Below, piece after piece: positions 53,533 to 61,930 of a stretch of DNA of 64,000 nt. Made by a program: the position numbers and the translations under genes. The first letter of the stretch is position 1; each line of letters begins with the position of its first letter. The stretch lies in NCBI GenBank assembly GCA_946403625.1, contig CAMJAP010000001.1:1910-65909 (forward strand), read 5' to 3'. Under the pieces are notes generated by a model. That model was not told where the DNA came from. It ran no database searches and saw only the letters and a list, made by a program, of their open reading frames with translations. The DNA is from an uncultured Lachnospiraceae bacterium. GTDB lineage: Bacteria > Bacillota > Clostridia > Lachnospirales > Lachnospiraceae.

Positions 53533-54606
53533 TCAGGTATATTTCTTGCAAGCCATCTCGATCACCGGTCTGGCCTTTGCGAAACAATCCAGCATCTTTT
53601 CCGAAAACACGCCCGCATCTCCCTGCATGATCATCGCATATGCCTTGTCCATATCAAAAGCATCACGATAACTACGATCCGAGATCAGGGAATCATAAAC
53701 ATCCGCCAAAGACACGATCTGTGCTTCGATCGGAATATCCTCTCCTGCCAGGTGATCCGGATATCCGCTGCCATCATACTTTTCATGATGATGACGAACG
53801 ATATTGTAACTGATCTCCACCGACTCCTTGCTCTGCAGTTCCTTGATCTGATCCAGGATCTCGCAGCCGCGGGTCGTATGGGATTTGATCACTTCAAATT
53901 CATCTGCCGTCAGTTTTCCCGGCTTGAGCAGGATCGTATCCGAGATGGCGATCATCCCGATATCGTGCAATGCCGAGGCACTCTCAATAATCTCGATCCT
54001 CTCCGGCGGCAGGTTGTAATCCGCAGGGTAATACCGTCCCAGCGCTTCCGCAAGAATATGAGAGATTGCTTTGATCTTTTTAATATGTCCGTTGGATTCC
54101 ATATTACGGAATTCCGTGATCGAGCCGACCAGTTCCATCAAACGGTCGTTCGTTGATTTGAGTTCTTTATTCTTTTCCTTGATCTGTGCGGTCTGCTGGC
54201 TGATGATGCTCTCCAGCTGAGACTTGCTGTGGAACAGGGAAAGTGTATTTTTGACACGACCGTATACGATCTCGGGAATAAACGGCTTGAGCACAAAGTC
54301 TACCGCACCGTTTTCGTAGCATTCCTTTACCAGCGACTCATCTTCGGATGTGGTCATCATGACAATGGGAATACGCTTGGTCACGCCCTTCTGATGCAGT
54401 ACCTTAAGCAGCGCGCGTCCGTCAACCACCGGCATATGCATGTCCAGCAGGATCACGGCAACGTCTTTCTGATGAACCATCAGATATTCCATCGCCTCAC
54501 GCCCGTTTGCCGTCACAGCCGTCTCATAATTTGCCTCAAACAGCTTCTTTAAAAAGGCTCTGTTCTCTTCATCATCATCTGAAATCAAGATCGTATTTCT
54601 GGCCAT
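53533..54606 (-). CDS. response regulator with HD-GYP output domain (RpfG-like)
   Basis: REC features are ILISDDDEENR...VILLDMHMPVVDG...KP. HD-GYP features are ALHDIGM and HHHEKYDGSGYPDHLAG. GGAGG RBS. Confidence 0.9.
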   Translation of the reverse strand: MARNTILISDDDEENRAFLKKLFEANYETAVTANGREAMEYLMVHQKDVAVILLDMHMPVVDGRALLKVLHQKGVTKRIPIVMMTTSEDESLVKECYENGAVDFVLKPFIPEIVYGRVKNTLSLFHSKSQLESIISQQTAQIKEKNKELKSTNDRLMELVGSITEFRNMESNGHIKKIKAISHILAEALGRYYPADYNLPPERIEIIESASALHDIGMIAISDTILLKPGKLTADEFEVIKSHTTRGCEILDQIKELQSKESVEISYNIVRHHHEKYDGSGYPDHLAGEDIPIEAQIVSLADVYDSLISDRSYRDAFDMDKAYAMIMQGDAGVFSEKMLDCFAKARPVIEMACKKYT

Positions 54607-54700
54607 ACCCGCCTCCGTTTACTTCCGTAATTTCAATGCTAACGCCGTGCAAATTCTTATACAAATCTCTATGCAGATTTCTATGCCGATTCCGACGATC

Positions 54701-55234
54701 TTAAAAAATCGTTTTTCCGGTCTTTTGGTTCACAAATTCCTTAAAGTCATCCAAAGAGATTTCTCCGGTAAATCCCCTTTTCCAAAGAGGCTGTCCGTGT
54801 TCCGCCATTCCTTCCCTTTTCAGGATGAGGATCAGCAGTTCGTCCGATTCATACGCCCGGACAATGGTGCCGTATTTGAACGAAAACTTCGTCTTGTTCA
54901 CCGTTACCTGCACCTGATCCGAATGAAAGCGGACCAGATTGACGATCGCCTTGCCGTGCAGATCCTGCAGTTCACGATACTTCAACCATTCCCGAAAGGC
55001 ATATCCGAAAAAGACAACAAACACAAAGTAGATGGCAACCACCAGCCCGATCACCGCTCCGACGATACTGTGCAGCCCGAAATACAGATAACCGGCTGCT
55101 CCCAGTGCAAGCAGCGCCAACAGTCCCGAGATCAGCTGCGTTCGTTTTTGCAGTTTACGATAACAAAACCGAAAATACTCTTTGTGCAACTTTCTCGTGA
55201 GTATGAAACGGTTCTCATACATCAATTTTGCCAT
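54701..55234 (-). CDS. YcxB-like membrane protein
   Basis: Two central TMs (LISGLLALLALGAAGYLYFGL, IVGAVIGLVVAIYFVFVVFF) are followed by a PH-like C-terminus. The family name is from recollection. Confidence 0.55.
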   Translation of the reverse strand: MAKLMYENRFILTRKLHKEYFRFCYRKLQKRTQLISGLLALLALGAAGYLYFGLHSIVGAVIGLVVAIYFVFVVFFGYAFREWLKYRELQDLHGKAIVNLVRFHSDQVQVTVNKTKFSFKYGTIVRAYESDELLILILKREGMAEHGQPLWKRGFTGEISLDDFKEFVNQKTGKTIF

Positions 55235-55562
55235 ATATCAGGTCATACCTTTCCAATAATATATATTAACATACGGTTTACATATTTTCCACATAAAATT
55301 TTTTGATCAAATGCCCCAAAACCCGCAAAACACGGGGAATTCAGGGCTTTTGTCTACATCTAGTACCCTTTCTTGTAAACCGGGCATTATGTAGTATGTA
55401 AATTGTTTAAAAACTATGGTGTAACAAATCGAAAAATGGGAAGGAAAGCAAGGGTACATGCCGCTCCTATAGGTTATATCGGGGAATATTTACATGGATT
55501 TTATACATTAACTATGATAAAATGAGGAAGAATTTACGAAAAAAGGATAACACAGATTTATT

Positions 55563-56456
55563 ATGAATAACGAAGCTAAAAAACTCGTGCAGGCCGGCCT
55601 GGTTTTGGAGGGCGGCGGAATGCGCGGACTGTATACCGCAGGCGTTTTGGACTATTTTATGGAGCGTGGACTGCAGTTTTCGTCCTGCTACGGCGTATCG
55701 GCAGGCGCCTGCCATTTGACCAGCTATATGTCGGGGCAGATCGGCAGAGCATACCGGATCTCGTTGGATTATCTGGACGATCCGGACTATTGCAGCTTAA
55801 AGAGTCTCGTTAAGACCGGCGACCTCTTTGGTGTGGATTACTGCTATAACCGTATTCCCAATGAGCTGGATCCGTACGATTATGAGGCGGCCGCAAAGTA
55901 CCCGGGAAACTGCTATGCGGTAGCCGTCAACATCGAAACCGGACACGCGGAATATCTGCCGCTAAAGGATATCCGGGAAGATATCACGGCAATACAGGCA
56001 TCCGCTTCTCTGCCGCTGGTATCCCGCAATGTGGAATTCCACGGCAAACAGTATTTGGACGGCGGTATGGTAGATTCCATTCCGATCCGGCAATCGATGC
56101 TGGACGGCAACAAAAAGATGGTAGTCGTCCTGACACAGCCGAACGGCTATCGAAAAAAACCGATCTCTTTCGTAAACCAACAGGCACTGCGCGTAAAATA
56201 TAAGGACTATCCGGGTGTGGTAATGGCGATGCAGCGCCGCCATATCATTTACAATAAGACTCTGGATTATATCCGCAAACTGGAGGAGAAAGGTCGCGTC
56301 TTTGTCTTCCGTCCCGAATCGATCATCAAGATCGACCGCATCGAAAAAGACAAAAAGAAACTGAAAGTGTTGTATCTGCAGGGGTATCACGATGCCGCGC
56401 AAAACTATGACGCGATGATGAAATATTTAAATTCCGGGAAAGAAAAACAATCGTGA
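55563..56456 (+). CDS. patatin-like phospholipase
   Basis: GLVLEGGGMRGLYTAGVLD (oxyanion GGGxRG), GVSAGA (GxSxG) and a DGG catalytic Asp context. Confidence 0.88.
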   Translation: MNNEAKKLVQAGLVLEGGGMRGLYTAGVLDYFMERGLQFSSCYGVSAGACHLTSYMSGQIGRAYRISLDYLDDPDYCSLKSLVKTGDLFGVDYCYNRIPNELDPYDYEAAAKYPGNCYAVAVNIETGHAEYLPLKDIREDITAIQASASLPLVSRNVEFHGKQYLDGGMVDSIPIRQSMLDGNKKMVVVLTQPNGYRKKPISFVNQQALRVKYKDYPGVVMAMQRRHIIYNKTLDYIRKLEEKGRVFVFRPESIIKIDRIEKDKKKLKVLYLQGYHDAAQNYDAMMKYLNSGKEKQS

Positions 56457-56554
56457 AAGTATAACCGTGATCGTATCAGAAACATAACACGGCGATCGCG
56501 AACCTATACAAGTATCCGAGAAAATACAGAGATATATCAGGAGGGAACTCACAA

Positions 56555-56803
56555 ATGAGAACAAAACATTCTTTTGCCACAAAAGGTACATGCTCCCAGC
56601 AGATCAATTTTGAACTGGAAGACGGAAAGATCTACAATGTCAGCTTTATGGGTGGCTGCAACGGAAACTTAAAAGCCATCGGCAAACTGGTGGAAGGAAA
56701 GGACGCAAAGGATATCAGTGATCTGCTGCGCGGCAATCTGTGCGGTATGCGCGGAACTTCCTGCGCAGATCAGCTCAGCAAGGCCATCGACGCAGCATTG
56801 TAA
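56555..56803 (+). CDS. TIGR03905-type 4-Cys TSCPD-like small protein
   Basis: 82 aa with the pattern CSQQINFELEDGKI..GGCNGNLKAI..LCGMRGTSCADQL. AGGAGGG RBS. Confidence 0.7.
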   Translation: MRTKHSFATKGTCSQQINFELEDGKIYNVSFMGGCNGNLKAIGKLVEGKDAKDISDLLRGNLCGMRGTSCADQLSKAIDAAL

Positions 56804-56817
56804 AGAGAGGATAGCCT

Positions 56818-58008
56818 ATGATCTATCGCAAAGACAAATCCGGAAACGAGATCTCCGAACTGGGCTACGGTTGCATGCGCTTTAGTCGCAAGGGTGCCGG
56901 CATTGACCTGGAAAAGGCAGAACAGGAAATCATGACGGCATTCAAAGCCGGCGTGAATTACTACGATACAGCCTACATCTATCCCGGCAGCGAAGTCGCA
57001 CTGGGCGAGATCGTGGCCCGCAACGGCATCCGTGACAAGATCCGTATCGCCACCAAACTGCCCCAGTACCTGATCGGCAGCACCGCGCAGATCGAGAAAT
57101 ATTTTCAGGAGCAGCTGTCCCGCTTAAAGACGGATTACATCGATTATTACCTGATGCATATGCTCACGGACATCGCGTCATGGCACAAGATGAAAGACCT
57201 GGGTATCCTGCAATGGATCGAGGAAAAGAAAGCCTCCGGTGCCATCCGCAACCTGGGCTTTTCGTTCCACGGCGATACCGATATGTTCCTGCAGATCTTA
57301 AATGACTATGACTGGGATTTCTGCCAGATCCAGTACAACTATCTGGATGAGCATACCCAGGCGGGACGACGCGGATTGGAAACCGCTTATGAGAAGGGCA
57401 TTCCCGTGATCATTATGGAGCCTCTGCGTGGCGGCAAACTGGTCAATCTCTTACCGGACAAGGCAAAGAAATGCATCGAGGAACATCCCAACAAATGGTC
57501 GGCGGCCGAATGGGCTCTGCGCTGGCTGTGGGATCAGCCGGGCGTAACCTGCATTCTCTCCGGTATGAATTCCGTAGAGATGGTGGAGGAAAACTGCCGC
57601 ATCGCTTCGGAAGCATCCGTCGGAAGTTTCACACAGGCCGATCAGGACACCATCGAGCAGCTGCGCGCGCTGATCAAAGAAAATGTCAAGATCGGCTGCA
57701 CCGGCTGCCGCTACTGTATGCCCTGCCCGAAAGGCGTGGACATCCCGGGACTGTTTCAGTGCTACAACAAGATCTACACCGAAAACAAGGCCGATGCCCG
57801 TCACGAATTCGCACAGGTCATCGGTCTGCGTAAGGATCCGGGCTTTGCCGATCAGTGCGTGGAATGCGGTAAATGCGAATCCCATTGCCCGCAGCACATC
57901 GAGATCCGCAAGATGATCAAAGTCGCCGACAAGGAACTGCGTCCGTTCTACTACAAGATCGGACTCAACATCGCCCGTTGGTGGATGTTACGCAAGAAAA
58001 AACAATAA
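56818..58008 (+). CDS. aldo/keto reductase with C-terminal 4Fe-4S ferredoxin-type cluster motifs
   Basis: AKR N-terminus (LGYGCMRF..NYYDTAYIY) plus CTGCRYCMPCP and CVECGKCESHCP. Confidence 0.88.
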   Translation: MIYRKDKSGNEISELGYGCMRFSRKGAGIDLEKAEQEIMTAFKAGVNYYDTAYIYPGSEVALGEIVARNGIRDKIRIATKLPQYLIGSTAQIEKYFQEQLSRLKTDYIDYYLMHMLTDIASWHKMKDLGILQWIEEKKASGAIRNLGFSFHGDTDMFLQILNDYDWDFCQIQYNYLDEHTQAGRRGLETAYEKGIPVIIMEPLRGGKLVNLLPDKAKKCIEEHPNKWSAAEWALRWLWDQPGVTCILSGMNSVEMVEENCRIASEASVGSFTQADQDTIEQLRALIKENVKIGCTGCRYCMPCPKGVDIPGLFQCYNKIYTENKADARHEFAQVIGLRKDPGFADQCVECGKCESHCPQHIEIRKMIKVADKELRPFYYKIGLNIARWWMLRKKKQ

Positions 58009-58056
58009 GAACAGGAGTTGTTCCGCCGTTGAAATTGCGGAACCGATAAAATCACT

Positions 58057-58920
58057 ATGAACGATCAGATCTTACAGGGGCTGGCCTTCGGCAACGAAGT
58101 GCGTTTTTTTGCCGCCTATACCAAAGAAACTGTAAACACCGCACAGCAGATCCATCACAGTTATCCGGTCTGTACTGCCGCTCTGGGGCGTTTGCTCACC
58201 GGCGCCGCAATGATGGCTGCGATGTGCAAAAACGAAGATGACCTCATCACCGTAAAGATCGACGGTGACGGCCCCATCCGTCAGGCAACCGTAACCGCAG
58301 ACCCGCACGGCAATGTAAAAGGCCTGGTCTACGATCCCGCCGTGGAACTGCCGCTCAAGGCGGACGGCCATCTGGATGTCGGCAACGCGATCGGCCGCGG
58401 CACCCTGTGCGTGATCAAAGATCTGGGATTGAAGGAACCGTATGTCGGCCAAACCTCTCTGGTTTCCGGTGAGATCGGCGATGACCTGACTTACTACTTT
58501 GCTTCCAGTGAACAGATCCCCACCTCCGTAGGACTGGGCGTTCTGGTCGATACCGATCTGTCCGTCAAACACGCCGGCGGTTTCATCATACAGCTGCTGC
58601 CCTTTGCTTCGGAAGAGACCATCTCCGCGCTGGAGCAGGCACTTACCAAAGTGCGCAGCGTGACCGATTATTTCCTACAGGGCAAAACACCGGAAGATAT
58701 GATGCGGGATATTTTAGGAGATATCGAGATTGAAGCCGTTCGTCCGGTGCAGTACCATTGCAACTGCGACCGCGAGCGTGTTACCAAAGCACTGATCAGC
58801 CTGGGGCGCAAGGAACTGGATGAAATGATCGCCGAGGACCAGCCGGTCACCCTGCATTGTGATTTCTGCAACAAGGACTATACCTTTACGATCGAAGAAC
58901 TGAAATCCCTGGTCGGATAA
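58057..58920 (+). CDS. hslO: redox-regulated chaperone Hsp33
   Basis: C-terminal zinc switch CNCDRERV...CDFCNKDY and an Hsp33-like N-domain. 287 aa. Confidence 0.92.
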   Translation: MNDQILQGLAFGNEVRFFAAYTKETVNTAQQIHHSYPVCTAALGRLLTGAAMMAAMCKNEDDLITVKIDGDGPIRQATVTADPHGNVKGLVYDPAVELPLKADGHLDVGNAIGRGTLCVIKDLGLKEPYVGQTSLVSGEIGDDLTYYFASSEQIPTSVGLGVLVDTDLSVKHAGGFIIQLLPFASEETISALEQALTKVRSVTDYFLQGKTPEDMMRDILGDIEIEAVRPVQYHCNCDRERVTKALISLGRKELDEMIAEDQPVTLHCDFCNKDYTFTIEELKSLVG

Positions 58921-58924
58921 CCCA

Positions 58925-58966
58925 AAAAGATCCTTCCCTTTTTGCATCGGGAAGGATCTTTTTTAT
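58925..58966. terminator. bidirectional terminator between hslO and the DUF4349-like gene
   Basis: 14-bp stem AAAAGATCCTTCCC/GGGAAGGATCTTTT followed by additional Ts. Confidence 0.75.
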
Positions 58967-58985
58967 GTTTTTTTATTATTCTCTT

Positions 58986-60161
58986 TTAGTTGTTATCACC
59001 GTCCGGCCAATGAAAACCGCCCTGATCATTACTCTGTGCATTTTCTGCGGTCTTGGTCTCTGCTGCTTTTGCAGCGCGCTTCTTTCCTTTCACCAGCTTG
59101 CCGAAAATTTCTTCGCCGGTGGCGGATGCATCACCTTCGGCTGCCATTGCAACTGCCGGCTGGTGATTACCCACACGCAGTACCTTCTTTGCGATCTTTA
59201 CGACGATAAAGATGATGACTGCCCATACCAGCAGGGTCGGCAGATTGCTCAGGAAGGCTACCAGCAGATCCGTAAAGCTTGTGATCACACGGTCCAGGTT
59301 ATCCGCAAAACCTTCGCTGATCCGCTCCCAGGTGGTCGGCTCTACCGGTTCCGGCTCCGGCTCTGTGATCTCGGTCAGTTCTACCACTTCCGATACATGC
59401 AGGCTGATGGTCGTATAATCCACTTTGTTGTCATAGGTACGCAACTGGGATTCCATACTCTCGATCTGATACCGCAGGTTGGAGATACGGTTCTCCAGCG
59501 TGATCATATCGTCGATATCGTTGGTCATCGACAGCATCTCCAGCAGATTCTCCTGCTCCGCCATCAGCACCTTTTTGTGGCTTTCCAGATCCACATAGTC
59601 CAGCGTTACATCCACCACATTTTCATTCTGCTGTGTGATATTGGACTGGTCGTTCAATTCCGTCAGGAAAGTATCTGCCTTGTTCGACGGGATACGCAGA
59701 GTCATCGTTGCATAGCGCTGTGCCTCGCCGGAATAGTTGCTGCCGTTATAGATATTGCTGTTTTCAATGTAGCCGCCCATGCTTCTTACACGGTCGGTCA
59801 CCGTACTGATCAGCGACTGGAACTCCTGCGTTTCCACTTCCAGGCTGAGATTGCGGATCAGCTTGCGGCTCGTTGCCTGCGGTGTATCGATCTCCAGACC
59901 TGCTGCTTCGTCGAAACTGCCGGAACTCTTGTAGATATCCCCGGACTCCTCCATATAGGCTTCCGTCGGCATTTCCATTCCTCCATAGCATGCCTCGTCT
60001 GCGGTTGCAACATAGGAAGCACTGTCTCCTGCGGCATTCGATGGCGCACTTCTGTATGTTCCCTCCGATTGCCCGCATCCACCCAGCAGCATTGCTGCGG
60101 TCAGACCACCGGTGATCACCCATCTGCGCAAACTGTTTCTTACACTCTTTGTTCCTTCCAT
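58986..60161 (-). CDS. DUF4349-like lipoprotein/membrane protein
   Basis: The ATG at 60161 follows GGGAGGG. Lipobox LLGGC, central coiled coil and a C-terminal TM (LLVWAVIIFIVVKIA). The family name is from recollection. Confidence 0.65.
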   Translation of the reverse strand: MEGTKSVRNSLRRWVITGGLTAAMLLGGCGQSEGTYRSAPSNAAGDSASYVATADEACYGGMEMPTEAYMEESGDIYKSSGSFDEAAGLEIDTPQATSRKLIRNLSLEVETQEFQSLISTVTDRVRSMGGYIENSNIYNGSNYSGEAQRYATMTLRIPSNKADTFLTELNDQSNITQQNENVVDVTLDYVDLESHKKVLMAEQENLLEMLSMTNDIDDMITLENRISNLRYQIESMESQLRTYDNKVDYTTISLHVSEVVELTEITEPEPEPVEPTTWERISEGFADNLDRVITSFTDLLVAFLSNLPTLLVWAVIIFIVVKIAKKVLRVGNHQPAVAMAAEGDASATGEEIFGKLVKGKKRAAKAAETKTAENAQSNDQGGFHWPDGDNN

Positions 60162-60292
60162 AATCGTTACCCTCCCTTTTTTGACTGCAGCCATCCGGTC
60201 CCGGTGACCGGCTTTTCTCTTGCTGCATTTTTCTGTATCTGAGTAGGATACGGAAACCGTGTAACGATTTTATGGGATTCCTAAAAATTTTT

Positions 60293-60976
60293 TTACGAAT
60301 TTTGAGAAGCGCCTTCCGCACTGCGATTCATTCGTTCTCTACGCGCATTATCCACTTCGATCCATTCGTCCAGGGAAAGCGGCATATAATCCGAAAACAT
60401 ACAAAAGCAATTGATCATCTGACACGGGATGCTTTTTTCTTCCACATAACCAAAGGCCATCCGCTTTGCATCTCTGGTCTCGTTCACAAAGCGATTGACC
60501 AGTACCTCATCGTAGGTATTGTGCACATGCCCGTACAGCATATAGCACTTGGGATCTCCTTTTGCATCCCGCCGGTACTGCCCGTCATAGCAGATGATCG
60601 GATAATGACTGAGCACCACGCCGCGATTGTTATCTCTCATCTTATCATAGTCCTTGATCCAGCCGAAACGGTCTTTATGAAATGCCCGGTCGGTCAGATA
60701 ACGGTCATCATGATTCCCGCGGATCAAATATAACTGCCCGTTCAATTGCTCCAGGATCCGGTTGGTCTCTTCCCCTTTGCCGAAGGAAAAATCTCCCAGG
60801 ATCACCACTTCATCATTTTTCCGTACTTTCTTATTCCACTGCTCGATCATATGCGCATTCATCTGCTCAACATCCGCAAAGCCGCGCATATCCATACGCT
60901 GGTTCAGATTGCCATGCCAAAAATGACAATCCGCAATATAATAACGCACCGGTCGTTTTCCTCCCTTTCGTCTCAT
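60293..60976 (-). CDS. metallophosphoesterase
   Basis: YYIADCHFWH, VILGDFSFG, IRGNHD and YGHVHN form the calcineurin-like motif series. Its ATG overlaps the upstream stop (ATGA). Confidence 0.8.
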   Translation of the reverse strand: MRRKGGKRPVRYYIADCHFWHGNLNQRMDMRGFADVEQMNAHMIEQWNKKVRKNDEVVILGDFSFGKGEETNRILEQLNGQLYLIRGNHDDRYLTDRAFHKDRFGWIKDYDKMRDNNRGVVLSHYPIICYDGQYRRDAKGDPKCYMLYGHVHNTYDEVLVNRFVNETRDAKRMAFGYVEEKSIPCQMINCFCMFSDYMPLSLDEWIEVDNARRERMNRSAEGASQNS

Positions 60977-61926
60977 AGCACACCGCTCCCGTCAAATGCA
61001 GGAATAAAACTCTCGGAAACCGTTCCGCCTTCCTGCATATACGCATTCTTTACGCCCAAGGACAATGCATACTCGATCAGCTCCGTGTATTCCGCTTCCG
61101 TTGCCCCCCGCTGCAATTCCGGATAGTTCCGCAAATGCGCGGCGATCGGCGTAAACTGATTCATCAGAGACAGATATACGCTGTCCCCGTAATTGTGATA
61201 AAGTTCCTTTACGATCATCTTCGCTTCCAGCAGTCCATGGGGCATCAGCAGATGGCGCACGATCACACCTTTTCGGATCTTTCCTTCCGCATTGAACCGG
61301 CATGCACCGGCCTGACGCACCATCTCTGCGATCGCTGCCCGCGCTGTTTGCGGGTAATCCGCAGCGTGCAGATACTTTGCCGCTTTTTGCGCCGTATAAA
61401 ATTTGAAATCCGGCAGATACACATCCACCAGCCCTTCCAGCATGCGCAGACTTTCTACCGTTATATACGATCCGCTGTTAAAGATCACCGGCAGATCCAG
61501 CCCCTGTGCCTTCGCCAGCGCGATTGCCTGCGCCACCGCCGGGATATGGATATCCGCCGTCACCAGATTGATGTTGTTTGCCTGCTGGTCTTTTAAAGAA
61601 AAAAAGAGTTCTGCCAGACGCTCCGGGCTGACCGCGATCCCCGCTTCCATATCGACACCGGGGTCCTTGCTTTTTTGATGGGAGATCTCATAATTCTGAC
61701 AGAATACACATCCCAGATTGCAGCCCACAAAAAACACGGCTCCGGATCCTTCCGAAGCCGATATACATGGTTCCTCCCAAAAATGTAGTGCTGCCCTGGC
61801 CACGCGGATCTGTGCGTCTGCGCCGCAGTATCCGCGCATTCCGTCTGCACGGTCCACACCGCAATTTCGCGGACACAGCCGACACCGACGGTAGGCATCC
61901 ATAGTATGATTGATCTGATCTGACAT
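60973..61926 (-). CDS. radical SAM enzyme (PflX / activase-like)
   Basis: GCNLGCVFCQN (CX3CX2C) plus the N-terminal CRLCPRNC. I chose the ATG at 61926, just after the upstream stop. The track extension to 62088 is a basic out-of-context run overlapping the EAL gene. Confidence 0.85.
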   Translation of the reverse strand: MSDQINHTMDAYRRCRLCPRNCGVDRADGMRGYCGADAQIRVARAALHFWEEPCISASEGSGAVFFVGCNLGCVFCQNYEISHQKSKDPGVDMEAGIAVSPERLAELFFSLKDQQANNINLVTADIHIPAVAQAIALAKAQGLDLPVIFNSGSYITVESLRMLEGLVDVYLPDFKFYTAQKAAKYLHAADYPQTARAAIAEMVRQAGACRFNAEGKIRKGVIVRHLLMPHGLLEAKMIVKELYHNYGDSVYLSLMNQFTPIAAHLRNYPELQRGATEAEYTELIEYALSLGVKNAYMQEGGTVSESFIPAFDGSGVL

Positions 61927-61930
61927 ATAC

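Noticed and set aside
58965-60242. 425-aa plus-strand ORF opposite the DUF4349-like gene
   Set aside because: The minus-strand gene has a GGGAGGG RBS, a lipobox, a coiled coil and a C-terminal TM. The plus-strand product is Cys/His/Arg-rich with no motif and starts inside the hslO terminator.
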